A DNA stretch of 64,000 nucleotides from Candidatus Bathyarchaeia archaeon. GTDB lineage: Archaea > Thermoproteota > Bathyarchaeia > 40CM-2-53-6. A program made the position numbers and the translations under genes. The notes under the pieces were generated by a model, which made no database searches, was not told where the DNA came from, and worked only from the letters and a program-made list of their open reading frames with translations. This document shows positions 48,388 to 58,774 of the stretch, one piece after another (position 1 is the stretch's first letter; each line of letters starts with the position of its first letter). The DNA lies in NCBI GenBank assembly GCA_050013255.1, contig JBEKFP010000001.1:96001-160000 (forward strand), read 5' to 3'.

Positions 48388-49374
48388 TTATTTTGTGGCG
48401 AATGCTCGTACCGCTGCGTTGATGTCGCCGATGGGCATTATTATTGGCAGTTCCACTCCAGCTTTCCTGTAGTCCTTCAACCGCTCAACGCAATGCTCTG
48501 CACTCCCAGCCAGCGTCAGGGCATCGACGGCAGCATCAGGCATGACCTTAGCAGCCGCTGAAAGGTCCCTCTTGCGCCAAGCCTCCTTTATGGGTTCGAG
48601 ATCCTTCTCTTTGAGCCCGTAGATTTCGAATATCTCCGGTTTGAGAACCTCTGCGACTTGGTATTGTAGAAAGTAATATGACTTCATCAGCTTGCGGGCC
48701 TGCTGAACATCACTTGAGACTGCTGATAGAATGTATGAGGCAACATCAACTCTCTTGCCTTCGCGCTCTCCCTGCCTGACAAACTTAATTTTCTCCCCAG
48801 TGACCTCGGGCGTCATCAAGGCAGGGGAGATGATTACTCCGCTGACAAACTTGGCGGCCATCTTGAGGGACAGTGGTCCAAATGCTGCGAGGTAAATTGG
48901 AAATTTTCTAGAAGGTTTTGTTTCAAGCTTGATATCTTGAACCTTGAAGAATTCCCCGTTTAGCGAGACCGTGTCGCCGTTGAGTAGTCCATTGGTTATG
49001 CTCAGAAATTCTCTGATTCTCTTCAGAGGCTGAGTTTCCTGCACGGGAAAGACGTTAACGCCAAGTTTGGGAAGCCAAGGAAATCCCCCTAGGCCAATAC
49101 CCATGATTACCCTTCCCTCAGAAATGTCGTTCAGGGACAAGAACGTAGTAGTCGCGAGTAGGGGATGACGAGTGACCACACTTACGCACCCAGAACCTAG
49201 TTTGATCCTACTCGTTGCGGGTATCGCGCTTGAGAGGAGGGAAACTGCGTCTTTTATGAAGGGATGTTCATGAACCCAAAAGGATTCGTAACCGTGCGCC
49301 TCTGCGGTTTGCGCGTACTCTGCGGCCTCTTTTCCGGAAATAGTCGGGTTGAAGCCTATGGCGATTCTGTCCAA
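48388..49374 (-). CDS. Luciferase-like (LLM) flavin/F420-dependent oxidoreductase
   Basis: AEAHGYESFWVHEH; TSRIKLG; PIYLAAFGP. Confidence 0.85.
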   Translation of the reverse strand: MDRIAIGFNPTISGKEAAEYAQTAEAHGYESFWVHEHPFIKDAVSLLSSAIPATSRIKLGSGCVSVVTRHPLLATTTFLSLNDISEGRVIMGIGLGGFPWLPKLGVNVFPVQETQPLKRIREFLSITNGLLNGDTVSLNGEFFKVQDIKLETKPSRKFPIYLAAFGPLSLKMAAKFVSGVIISPALMTPEVTGEKIKFVRQGEREGKRVDVASYILSAVSSDVQQARKLMKSYYFLQYQVAEVLKPEIFEIYGLKEKDLEPIKEAWRKRDLSAAAKVMPDAAVDALTLAGSAEHCVERLKDYRKAGVELPIIMPIGDINAAVRAFATK

Positions 49375-49520
49375 AGCGAGGTCAATGCCTCCTGACGGTC
49401 AACGAATTTATCCCTATCTGGGAACCGACGAAGGCGCTTGCTTAGTTCCATCCATTGCCGCCCACAAGAACCAGCGAATTCGCTTATCTGACCGTCATGC
49501 TTGAACAGGTCGAATGAAAA

Positions 49521-52187
49521 TTGGCGAACATTGAGAGAATGCTCAACCCGAGAGCTGTAGCTGCAATTGGTGCCTCTGACGAGGACGGGTCCGTGGGTCA
49601 GTCGTTGATGAAGAATCTCCTCCTAGGGAAGGATCGAAGAAAGATCTATCCTGTCAACAATAGACGAAGCAGCGTTATGGGCCTGAAGTGTTACGTAAGT
49701 ATTGCTGAAGTCCCAGAGCACATTGACCTAGCCATCATCGCTACACCAGCCAAGACGGTCCCCGCCTTGGTGGAAGATTGCGCCAAGGCTGGCGTTGAGG
49801 GAGTGGTGATAATCTCAGCTGGATTTCGGGAGGTTGGCCCAGAGGGAGCTAAACTAGAGGATGAGATCAAGAGCATTCAGGCAAAACATGGCATACGAGT
49901 TCTGGGACCTAACTGCGTCGGCCTCATAAGGCCGGAGGTCGGACTGAATGCGACTTTCCTAAGGGATAACCCACAGCCGGGTCAGATAGCTTTCGTTTCT
50001 CAGAGCGGCGCTCTGGGCTCCGCGATGCTCAATTGGGCCGTCAGTGCTGGAATTGGCTTTAGCATGTTCGCCTCCCTTGGTTCGACTTTGGACATCGACT
50101 ACGGAGACATGATTGACTACTTAGGTGAAGACCCCCACACCAGAAGCATAATCATCTACATGGAAGGCGTCGGAAACGCCAAGAAATTCATGAGCGCTGC
50201 TCGTGGTTTCGCCCGAACCAAACCAATTATCGTCATCAAAGCGGGAAAGCATGCAGCAGGTGCCAAAGCAGCTTCATCTCACACGGGCGCATTGGCGGGG
50301 GACTACGCCGTTTACGACGCAGCATTCAAACGAGCAGGCGTCGTGATGGTCGACGAAATAGGAGACCTCTTCGATTGTGCGACCGTCTTGGACTCCAGAT
50401 TCCTACCCCAAGGCCCTAAGCTCGCAATAGTTACGAATGCTGGTGGACCAGCAGTGCTCGCGGCAGATTCCATCATTACAAATGGGGGCGAACTGGCGCA
50501 GTTTTCGGACAGTACCATTCGCACAATGGACGCTGCCCTCCCACCATATTGGAGCCACGGAGACCCCATGGACATACTAGGGGACGCGGATATCAAGCGA
50601 TACGAGCAGGCCGTGAGAACATGCATTGCCGACCCTAACGTGGACGGCCTCCTAGTCATCTACACTCCCCAAGGAACGACGCAACCTACTCTTGTGGCAG
50701 AAGCAGTGGCAAAGATAGCCGCCGACCGTCGTAAACCAATGCTCACAGTTTGGATGGGAGAGAAGAGCGTCCTCGAAGCTAGACAGGTGTTCTACAGGAA
50801 TAACATACCAACTTACGCAACCCCAGAAGAGGCCGTCAAGAGCTACATGTACATGTATCGCTACAGACGGAACCTCGACCTTCTCTACGAGACTCCGGAG
50901 GAACTTCCAGTCGACTTTGCGCCGCCGAAGAGCCACCTGAAAGTCTTGATCCGCAAAGCCGCCAAGAATAGAACAGCGTTAACCCAGCCCGAAGTTGATA
51001 GATTCCTAGACGCCTACAATATCCCACGAGCGAAAGGATCACTAACCAAAAGCGCGGAACAGGCTGCAATGGTTGCGTCGGACATCGGCTATCCCATTGT
51101 TATGAAAATCTCGTCCGAAGATATCTTGCACAAGACAGACATCGGGGGCGTGATTACGGGCATTGACTCATCGCAAGCACTCAAGGACGCGTACAAGACG
51201 CTCTTAGAACGGGCGCGGAAAGCCAAACCCGATGCAAAGATAGACGGTGTGTACGTCCAGAAGATGATGAGTAACCTCGATTACGAATTGATACTTGGGG
51301 CAAAGAAAGACCGAGACTTCGGTTCAGTCATCTTATTCGGAATGGGAGGAATAGGCGTGGAATTACTACACGATGTTTCAATCGGCCTTCCCCCATTAAA
51401 CCAAGTCCTAGCCCGGCGAGTCCTTGAGGAAACAAAAATCTACCAGGCGCTCTCAAGAGGCCTCAGAAATAAACCGCCAATAGACCTCCGCTTGCTAGAG
51501 GAAATAATGATACGCTTCTCAAACTTAATCGTTGACTTCCCCGAAATTGGGGAAATGGACATTAACCCGCTAGTTGTCTCGGAAGGCAGGCTGTGCGTTC
51601 TAGATGCGAGGATTATACTGGATAAGAACGCCCTTGATCGTACTGAGACATATCCCCACCTCGTAATCATGCCTTACCCAACGAAGTGGGTTACGCTTTG
51701 GAGGACAAAGGACGGGACCGAGGTGACCCTTCGCCCTATTAGGCCCGAGGATGAACCCATGGAACTAGAGTTCATTCGAGGCCTGTCGTCGGAGACAAGT
51801 CGCTTCAGGTTCTTTCAAATCATCAAGGATCTCCCTCACGAGGCACTGGTACGTTTCTGCAACATCGACTACGACAGAGAGATGGCGTTCATAGCAGAGA
51901 CACGAGAGGGAGACCGCAAGGTAGAGGTCGGCGTAAGCCGCCTGATTCTTGAGCCCAACAAAAAGAAAGGGGAATTTGCCGTTGTCGTGTCGGATAAATA
52001 TCAAGCGAAGGGCCTTGGGATCAAACTAGTTGACATGCTAATTGAAGTCGCCAAAGAGAAAGGGGTGGAGAGCATCTACGGAATAATCATGGGGGAGAAC
52101 TTGAAGATGATACGCCTCTGCGAAAAACTTGGATTCACAACAAAGAGAGAACACGAAGATGTGCTCGTAGAACTCAAGCTCAGGTAA
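49521..52187 (+). CDS. Acyl-CoA synthetase (NDP-forming)-GNAT fusion (Pat/YfiQ-like protein acetyltransferase)
   Basis: GPNCVG; SQSGA; SHTGALAG; ATP-grasp HKTDIGGV; C-terminal GNAT (RPIRPED, YQAKGLG). Confidence 0.9.
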   Translation: MANIERMLNPRAVAAIGASDEDGSVGQSLMKNLLLGKDRRKIYPVNNRRSSVMGLKCYVSIAEVPEHIDLAIIATPAKTVPALVEDCAKAGVEGVVIISAGFREVGPEGAKLEDEIKSIQAKHGIRVLGPNCVGLIRPEVGLNATFLRDNPQPGQIAFVSQSGALGSAMLNWAVSAGIGFSMFASLGSTLDIDYGDMIDYLGEDPHTRSIIIYMEGVGNAKKFMSAARGFARTKPIIVIKAGKHAAGAKAASSHTGALAGDYAVYDAAFKRAGVVMVDEIGDLFDCATVLDSRFLPQGPKLAIVTNAGGPAVLAADSIITNGGELAQFSDSTIRTMDAALPPYWSHGDPMDILGDADIKRYEQAVRTCIADPNVDGLLVIYTPQGTTQPTLVAEAVAKIAADRRKPMLTVWMGEKSVLEARQVFYRNNIPTYATPEEAVKSYMYMYRYRRNLDLLYETPEELPVDFAPPKSHLKVLIRKAAKNRTALTQPEVDRFLDAYNIPRAKGSLTKSAEQAAMVASDIGYPIVMKISSEDILHKTDIGGVITGIDSSQALKDAYKTLLERARKAKPDAKIDGVYVQKMMSNLDYELILGAKKDRDFGSVILFGMGGIGVELLHDVSIGLPPLNQVLARRVLEETKIYQALSRGLRNKPPIDLRLLEEIMIRFSNLIVDFPEIGEMDINPLVVSEGRLCVLDARIILDKNALDRTETYPHLVIMPYPTKWVTLWRTKDGTEVTLRPIRPEDEPMELEFIRGLSSETSRFRFFQIIKDLPHEALVRFCNIDYDREMAFIAETREGDRKVEVGVSRLILEPNKKKGEFAVVVSDKYQAKGLGIKLVDMLIEVAKEKGVESIYGIIMGENLKMIRLCEKLGFTTKREHEDVLVELKLR

Positions 52188-52233
52188 TGAGACTTCTTTC
52201 CTATTTGAGACGGGACCATCATGACAGTTGGGG

Positions 52234-52328
52234 TGGTGGGCCCGCCCGGGTTCGAACCGGGGATCTCCGCCGTTCCCATATCATCGATAATGTGAGGGCG
52301 ACGTCTTAACCAGCTGGACTACGGGCCC
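52234..52328 (-). tRNA. tRNA-Val(CAC) with an 18-nt intron at 37/38 (52273-52290) and encoded CCA
   Basis: GGGCCCG-TA-GTCC...AGAC-G-TCGCC-CTCACA[TTATCGATGATATGGGAA]C-GGCGG-AGATC-CCCGG-TTCGAAC-CCGGG-CGGGCCC-A-CCA; bulge-helix-bulge with helix CTCA/TGGG. Confidence 0.95.
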
Positions 52329-52392
52329 AAGGGATGCTTCATCTCATCGGGTTAGCTGCCTAAATTTGTTTGCGAAGGGTACTAAATTCAAC

Positions 52393-53133
52393 CTAGCCTA
52401 TGTAACCCCTTTTGTCCCGCTCAGCGCGCTCTTTCTTTGCTCCCATTGACTTCTGGTGATCAGATTCCGCTGCCTTCAAATCAAGTTCTGTAAGGTCTAT
52501 AGGAATTCCGAGTTTTTTGCTCAACACTTGCAGGACGGCACGTGCTGCCCTAGCATCAACAATGTGTCCTGACGTTTCGCCTGAAATGAAGATGGCTTTC
52601 ATGTTGCGCAGTTTCGACAGGCCCACTAGCAACCCATTCATCCAAGTTACACTCCCCTCGTTGATCTGAGATACGCCGATTGCCTCAAGCTCTCTGAGCA
52701 ATTCCTTGTCGGTTGCGGTTCCGAACACTCTAGGTTCCCTAGAGACTTCACCTGTTATGTAGGCTCCAACTGTGAGAACAGTGTCTGCTCCAAGGTTTTG
52801 GCCTATCTCAAGAGCCTTGTCGGCTAGGGCATAGGCAGCTTCTGGATTAGAAGGTTGAGCGTCCCCCGTATAGAAAACAACCTCCTTTCCGCCTCCATCT
52901 TTCCAGAAGAACATTGAATGCTTCATGACGTCAACAGTTCCGTCTTCGCGAATTCTAACCCGCGGTGGCAACGAGTTTGAATAAATCTCCGCGAATTTCT
53001 CCGCTTTCAGCTGCTTCACCAGCTGTTCGATGACCAACTTCGCTACGTTTCCACTATCGGGAAGCCCGCAAACCATTATCGGCTTGCGAAGTTTCGGCGT
53101 GTTCTCAATGTAGACTCGGACTCTCGACGCCAA
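52393..53133 (-). CDS. PAC2-family proteasome assembly chaperone
   Basis: GLPDSGNVAKL; GDAQP; MNGLLVG; GETSG..VDARAA. Confidence 0.88.
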   Translation of the reverse strand: MASRVRVYIENTPKLRKPIMVCGLPDSGNVAKLVIEQLVKQLKAEKFAEIYSNSLPPRVRIREDGTVDVMKHSMFFWKDGGGKEVVFYTGDAQPSNPEAAYALADKALEIGQNLGADTVLTVGAYITGEVSREPRVFGTATDKELLRELEAIGVSQINEGSVTWMNGLLVGLSKLRNMKAIFISGETSGHIVDARAARAVLQVLSKKLGIPIDLTELDLKAAESDHQKSMGAKKERAERDKRGYIG

Positions 53134-53207
53134 CGACTAGGCAGCTTCCTTTTGAACGGATGGCGTTAGTTGATAAGACAGGGCTATAGGTTTTTGAACG
53201 AACAGGG

Positions 53208-54245
53208 ATGTCTGGGATGAAGGCAGCGGTAATTTCTGGCAGGGGGATCGTCGAACTCAAAGAATTACCCACACCCAAGATTGGCCCTGGCGAAGTTCTC
53301 GTTCACATGCGGGCCTGTGGCGTATGCGGAACAGACCTAGAGAAGATTCATGGTGAAAACATTACACCACCTATCCTCGGACATGAGGTAGCTGGAGAGG
53401 TTGAACAAACAGGGGAACACGTGCAGGAATTCAAGAAAGGAGACAGAGTACTAGTTCACCATCACGTGTCGTGTAGAAGTTGTTTCTACTGTAAGAATGG
53501 GCTCGAGACACTCTGCGAGGCTTACCCTAAGAGTAACCTCGACCCATGCGGTTTCGCAGATTATTTTCGCGTACCCTCAACACTAGTCGCAGGGGGCACG
53601 GTATACAGGCTGCCCGAATCGATGAGCTACGAAGAAGGTTCGCAAGTGGAACCAACCGCTTGCTGCATCAGGGCGCTAAGCAAGATGGGAGTCAAAGCCG
53701 GAAACAGCGTAGCCATTTTCGGTGTCGGTCCCGTCGGCCTAATGCATATGCAGTTAACAAAATTGTATGGGGCAGCCCCGATTATCGCAATCGATGTCCT
53801 TGAGAACCGCAGAGAGCTCGCGGCTAGGCTTGGGGCGGACAGAACGCTCAATCCCACAACTGACGATGTTCCAAAGACAGTTTCTTCGATGACTCAAAGT
53901 CTTGGTGTCGACTACGCCATCGTTGCAACTGGGAGCTTGAAGGCTACCGAACAAGCTTTCAGCTCCATTCGCAAAGGCGGAAAAGTTGTTTTATTTGGAG
54001 CCCCAGCAAAAGGTGCACAACTTTCCATGGACATCAGCCGCCTGTTTCTACATGAAATAAAAGTCGAATCAAGTTACTCAACCTCCGAGACCGAGATGAG
54101 AATGGCGATTGACTTGATCGAGAAAAAACGGATCAATCCGTCGAAACTTATCACGCATCGGTTGCCACTAGCGAAAGCATTAGAGGCTTTCAGCCTAGCT
54201 CAGAGAGGCGTGGACGTTGTCAAGGTTGTTGTCGAGAACGAGTGA
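53208..54245 (+). CDS. Zn-dependent (MDR) alcohol/polyol dehydrogenase
   Basis: CGTD; GHE; CRSCFYC..C; GVGPVG. Confidence 0.9.
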   Translation: MSGMKAAVISGRGIVELKELPTPKIGPGEVLVHMRACGVCGTDLEKIHGENITPPILGHEVAGEVEQTGEHVQEFKKGDRVLVHHHVSCRSCFYCKNGLETLCEAYPKSNLDPCGFADYFRVPSTLVAGGTVYRLPESMSYEEGSQVEPTACCIRALSKMGVKAGNSVAIFGVGPVGLMHMQLTKLYGAAPIIAIDVLENRRELAARLGADRTLNPTTDDVPKTVSSMTQSLGVDYAIVATGSLKATEQAFSSIRKGGKVVLFGAPAKGAQLSMDISRLFLHEIKVESSYSTSETEMRMAIDLIEKKRINPSKLITHRLPLAKALEAFSLAQRGVDVVKVVVENE

Positions 54246-54304
54246 GCATGTGACAAGCCGGCTTAGAAGCCAATTTAATAGCCCTACCTAAGCTCTGTTT
54301 CCTC

Positions 54305-55360
54305 ATGCCAAACTCGATGCTCGCAGTCCGCTTCTACAAACCTGGGGAATTGAAAGCAGAGCAAGTTCCCATCCCAAAAGCTGGCCTCGGGGAACTGGTT
54401 GTCAAGAGCCAAGTTGCCTTGACATGTGGAACGGACGTGAAGATGTTCAAACGCGGCCACCCGTTGGCCAAGCCACCTCAAATCATGGGGCATGAGTTCG
54501 CGGGGACCATATCGGAGGTTGGATCGGGTGTGGGGAATTTTAGGGTGGGCATGAGGGTTGTTGCGGCTAATTCTGCGCCTTGCAACAAATGTTTCTACTG
54601 CTTAATGCATCAACCGAACCTCTGTGAGCATTTGGATGAGAGCATTGTAGGATTTACTTGGCCAGGCTCGTATGCGGAATACGTTAGGATTCCCGAAAGA
54701 ATCGTGCGGCAGAATACTTTCCAAGTTCCTGATGGTGTGCCGTTGGAAAGTGTCGCAAGCTTGGAGCCGCTGGCGTGCGTCGTTCATGGTTGGGACTTGG
54801 TTGGGCAAGTCCCGGGCGGTACAGCGGTCATCATTGGCGGTGGACCCATCGGGTTACTTCATGCGCAACTCGCACGTCTTAACGGTGCGAAGCAGGTAGC
54901 AATGTGCGACGTGGTTCCGGAAAGACTACGGGAAGCCGAGAAAATCGGAGTCGACAATGCGATAAATTCTGCGAACGAGAACCTTGTTGAGCGGGTGTTG
55001 AGGCTCACGGATGGTAGGGGCGCTGATATTGTGGTTGAGGCTGTTGGGCGTGGTGAAACTTGGGAATCAACTATTGGCCTAGTCAGAAAAGGCGGAAAGA
55101 TTCTTCTTTTTGGCGGCTGCGCTTCGGGAACGATGGTCTCCTTCAACGCTGAGAAAATCCACTACGGTGAGATACATATTCAGGGAGCATTCCACCATAC
55201 GCCAGCTGCCGTCGAACGCGGCTTTCGCCTTATAGTCTCTGGGCAGGTTTCGATTGAACCGTTAATTTCTCATGAAATGCCTCTGGAGAAGGCGGAGGAG
55301 GCTTTGCGTTTGATGGGGGAGGGGAAAGCGTTGAAGGTTGCGCTTCGCCCACCTGGCTGA
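54305..55360 (+). CDS. Zn-dependent (MDR) alcohol/polyol dehydrogenase
   Basis: CGTD; GHE; CNKCFYC..C; GGGPIG. Confidence 0.9.
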   Translation: MPNSMLAVRFYKPGELKAEQVPIPKAGLGELVVKSQVALTCGTDVKMFKRGHPLAKPPQIMGHEFAGTISEVGSGVGNFRVGMRVVAANSAPCNKCFYCLMHQPNLCEHLDESIVGFTWPGSYAEYVRIPERIVRQNTFQVPDGVPLESVASLEPLACVVHGWDLVGQVPGGTAVIIGGGPIGLLHAQLARLNGAKQVAMCDVVPERLREAEKIGVDNAINSANENLVERVLRLTDGRGADIVVEAVGRGETWESTIGLVRKGGKILLFGGCASGTMVSFNAEKIHYGEIHIQGAFHHTPAAVERGFRLIVSGQVSIEPLISHEMPLEKAEEALRLMGEGKALKVALRPPG

Positions 55361-55371
55361 AAGAGCGTTTC

Positions 55372-56568
55372 TTAGAGCAGAGACTCGGGGTCTTCTAGGT
55401 TGCGTTTCAAATCCTGCAGGAATCTCGCTGCTGGCACGCCATCCACGATGCGGTGGTCGAAGACCAAGGTCAGCATGGTGGAAGGCCTTGCTGACACTCG
55501 GCCGCCCAGAGCAAATGGTTTGTAAACGATTCGCCCTAGCCCGAGAATCGCACATTGTGGTGGGTTGATGACGGGTGCGAAGGACTCAATGTCATGAGCG
55601 CCGAGATTCGTTATTGTGAAAGTCCCTCCAGTCAAGTCTTCTATTGTTAACCGTTTTTCCTTAGCCTTCTGCGATAACTCATCGATCACTAAGTTGATTT
55701 CTTTAAGGGGCTTCTCGTTCGCTTTCGAAACAATTGGAGCAACGAGCCCTTCTTCAGTGTGGATGGCAACAGCGACGTTCACTTGAGTGTAAGTTGTGAT
55801 CTCGTCTCCCTCTATCGTTGAGTTGATTGCGGTGTGTTTCTCGAGTGCTTTTGCGGCTGCTTTCACCGCGAAAGCTGTGAAGGAGATGTGGCTTTCCTTC
55901 TCCTTCATGGCGACAAGTTTTGTTGCGTCAGCCTCCATTGTAATAGTAACGGGAACGCACGTTCTTGCGCTGAAAGACAGCCTTTCAGCAACTGCTTTTC
56001 TGATTCCCTCAAGCTTCACCCTTCTCAGAACCGGCGGCTGAACCATCTTAGAGACCGCGGCCGCAACCTTTGGAGCCTGCTCGACTGCGGCGATAACATC
56101 TTCCCGTGATATGCGGCCGCCGGGCCCTGTGCCGCTCAGAGTTGCGAGGTCAACGTGATGCTCCAGTGCTAGCCTTCGGGCTGCTGGGGAAGCTACTATT
56201 CGGTAAGCAGTCGCGGGAACTTTTGCAGTGGAAGGTCCTGGGGGAACGTAGCTCTGTGGGGAAGGCATGCTACCTTGATTGGCGCCTTCCTGTCGAACCG
56301 TTCTTGATGACGCTTCTGACTGCGACGTTCCGCCGGATTCGCCGATAATCGCAACTGGTTCGGCAACCTGCACGTCGTTTCCGACCTGTGCCAGAATCTT
56401 GCTTAGCACTCCGCTATCGGGTGCTTCTATCTCGAAGGTTGTCTTCTCCCCTTCGACAACTAGTATCGCCTCGCCTTTGCGTACTTGATCGCCCTCTTTC
56501 TTCAGCCATTCAACGATTTTTCCGCTCTGCATCCCGGGATCGAGACGGGGCATCACAACATCAGTCAT
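55372..56568 (-). CDS. Dihydrolipoamide acyltransferase (E2)
   Basis: Lipoyl domain VEGEKT; ASPAARRLA..GTGPGGRI; DHRIVDG. Confidence 0.92.
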   Translation of the reverse strand: MTDVVMPRLDPGMQSGKIVEWLKKEGDQVRKGEAILVVEGEKTTFEIEAPDSGVLSKILAQVGNDVQVAEPVAIIGESGGTSQSEASSRTVRQEGANQGSMPSPQSYVPPGPSTAKVPATAYRIVASPAARRLALEHHVDLATLSGTGPGGRISREDVIAAVEQAPKVAAAVSKMVQPPVLRRVKLEGIRKAVAERLSFSARTCVPVTITMEADATKLVAMKEKESHISFTAFAVKAAAKALEKHTAINSTIEGDEITTYTQVNVAVAIHTEEGLVAPIVSKANEKPLKEINLVIDELSQKAKEKRLTIEDLTGGTFTITNLGAHDIESFAPVINPPQCAILGLGRIVYKPFALGGRVSARPSTMLTLVFDHRIVDGVPAARFLQDLKRNLEDPESLL

Positions 56569-56574
56569 GGCAGA

Positions 56575-57552
56575 TCACCGACCAAGCACCGTATCAACCG
56601 CTTTAACCACGCTTTCGGCGCTCGGCATGTACAGTTGCTCAAGTTGCCGTGAGAACGGTATGGGTGTATCTGGGCAAGCGACTCGCATTATTGGGGCATC
56701 TAGATAGTCGAAGGCGGCCTCGGTGACAGAGGCGGAGATTTCAGCACCCACGCCGCCCCTCTTGACATCGTCAGACGCGATAACAAGCCTTGAAGTTCGC
56801 TTTACCGACTCAACGATCGCATCGAGGTCGAGAGGTTGAAGCGTTCTCACGTCTATAACTTCAGCTGAGATATCTCTGTCTTGCAGTTTCCTAGCTGCGC
56901 TTAGAGATTCACCAACCATCCTTGAGACAGCAACGATCGTTATGTCATCGCCCTTCTTCTTCACGGCTGCTTTTCCGAGTGGGGTGGTGTACTCCTCTTC
57001 GGGAACTGGGCCTTTCGTCCGGTAGAGTAGCCCACCCTCCACGAAGAGGACTGGGTTGGGATCACGGATTGCTGACTTCAGAAGGCCTTTGGCATCGTTC
57101 GGGTCTGAAGGAAGAACTACTTTCAACCCTGGGACCTGCAAGAACCATGCAGGTGTAAATTGGGAGTGCTGCGAGCCATGTTGTCGCCCCAAGCTGTACT
57201 GCGTTCTCAGCACCATTGGAACGTTGAGTTGCCCTCCACTCATGAATCGCATTTTGGCTGCTTGCGTGGATAATTGATCCATGCAGATTGGAAGAAAGTC
57301 CATATACATGATTTCGGCGACCGGCTTAAGGCCCGCCAATGCAAGTCCGACTGCTGCACCAGCGATGGCTGCTTCAGAGATCGGGGTGTCTCTTACACGT
57401 TCAGGGCCAAATTCGTCAAGCAAACCGCGCGTGACCTTATAGACGCCGTTGAAAACGCCAATCTCTTCTCCCAACAGTATTACGTTCGGATCGCGTATCA
57501 TTTCTTCGCGCAATGCTTCTCGAAGAGCGTCGGCGTAGGTTAGCTCTCGCAA
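56575..57552 (-). CDS. 2-oxoacid/acetoin dehydrogenase E1 beta subunit
   Basis: DTPISEAAIAG; QHSQ; DAKGLLKSAIRDPNPV. Confidence 0.92.
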   Translation of the reverse strand: MRELTYADALREALREEMIRDPNVILLGEEIGVFNGVYKVTRGLLDEFGPERVRDTPISEAAIAGAAVGLALAGLKPVAEIMYMDFLPICMDQLSTQAAKMRFMSGGQLNVPMVLRTQYSLGRQHGSQHSQFTPAWFLQVPGLKVVLPSDPNDAKGLLKSAIRDPNPVLFVEGGLLYRTKGPVPEEEYTTPLGKAAVKKKGDDITIVAVSRMVGESLSAARKLQDRDISAEVIDVRTLQPLDLDAIVESVKRTSRLVIASDDVKRGGVGAEISASVTEAAFDYLDAPIMRVACPDTPIPFSRQLEQLYMPSAESVVKAVDTVLGR

Positions 57553-57558
57553 CTCAAA

Positions 57559-58611
57559 TCACTTCTCCGCGTATACGTATTGGTTGATTTCCTCGAACGG
57601 CAGAACGGGACTTTGGATTGCAAAGACAACGGCCTCCTCAATTTCCTGCTTCACCGCCTTCTCCATTTTCCCAATTTCATTATCCGCTACTAGGCCCTGT
57701 TGGAGCATTCGATTCTTGAATGTGAGAATTGGGTCTCGGTCTAACCATTTGGCGACTTCTTCCTTTGGGCGGTAATCGCCTTTGTCGTATACGCCGTGGC
57801 CCTTCATTTTGTAGGTGACACATTCGATGAAAGTGGGTTCAGAGAGTTTCCTCGCCCTTTCAGCAGCCTCTTTCGCGGCTACATACACTGACACCACATC
57901 GTTTCCATTTACGACCGTGGTCTCCAATCCATACGCATGGGCTCTCTCCGCTATGCTCGGGCTAGAAACCGCTTTCTCCACCGGCGTTGACATCGCGTAC
58001 TTGTTGTTCTCACAGAAGAGGAGGACCGGTAAACGCCAAAGCGCGATTAGATTTACACCTTCATGAAACGAGCCTGTGTTACAAGCGCCATCCCCGAAGA
58101 ACGTAGCTGCTATTTTCCCGCTCTTCTGCAGCTTCAGGCCGAGACCGACGCCCGCGGCTATTGGTATTCCGCTCCCGACAATCGCCGTGGCATACAAAGA
58201 ACCGGTCTTGGGGTAGATCGCTACATGCATCGAGCCCCCTAGACCTTTGCAGTTGCCTGTAGATTTTCCGAACAACTCGGCCATACAGAGCTTTGCAGGA
58301 ACATCCTTCGCGAGGGCATGTCCATGCCCACGGTACGTTGTTATCGTCAAGTCGTCTGGCTGCAGAGCCGACATGGCGCCTACCGCGATTGCTTCTTGGC
58401 CAAGATAGAGGTGTGATGGGCCGATCAAGAGGCCTTTTACCATGAAGAGTTCCTCAACTTTCTCCTCGAACTTCCTCAGTAGAAGCATCTTGCGGAGCAT
58501 CTCATGAAGCATTTCCTTCGTCAAGCCATGCTTCGAATAGTCATTCTGCGATATTTCTTTCACCTGAGTTATTGTCGCCAAGCTGCACTCAACTGCGCTT
58601 GCTATTCGCAA
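57559..58611 (-). CDS. 2-oxoacid/acetoin dehydrogenase E1 alpha subunit (ThDP-dependent)
   Basis: HLYLGQEA; YRGHGH; GGSMH; GDGA...ENN; start codon uncertain. Confidence 0.92.
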   Translation of the reverse strand: MRIASAVECSLATITQVKEISQNDYSKHGLTKEMLHEMLRKMLLLRKFEEKVEELFMVKGLLIGPSHLYLGQEAIAVGAMSALQPDDLTITTYRGHGHALAKDVPAKLCMAELFGKSTGNCKGLGGSMHVAIYPKTGSLYATAIVGSGIPIAAGVGLGLKLQKSGKIAATFFGDGACNTGSFHEGVNLIALWRLPVLLFCENNKYAMSTPVEKAVSSPSIAERAHAYGLETTVVNGNDVVSVYVAAKEAAERARKLSEPTFIECVTYKMKGHGVYDKGDYRPKEEVAKWLDRDPILTFKNRMLQQGLVADNEIGKMEKAVKQEIEEAVVFAIQSPVLPFEEINQYVYAEK

Positions 58612-58774
58612 GCCAGTTCTTTATGCCTTCTGCGTAACTCCGTCATTCGCAAGAGAACCGGACCTTTGCGAGTCTCAAACCATCTGACTTTGCATCTCCG
58701 GAAAATCAGGCTACTTAAATTGTCACCCGAATTCAGATTTTGGACAACGGGATGGGAGGGGGGATACGTAACCG

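Noticed and set aside
39351-49374. RiPP biosynthetic cluster (TldD/E, nitroreductase, CAAX protease, prenyltransferase, LLM)
   Set aside because: Mixed orientations, no precursor peptide and no YcaO, radical-SAM or lanthionine enzyme; each gene is common on its own in archaea
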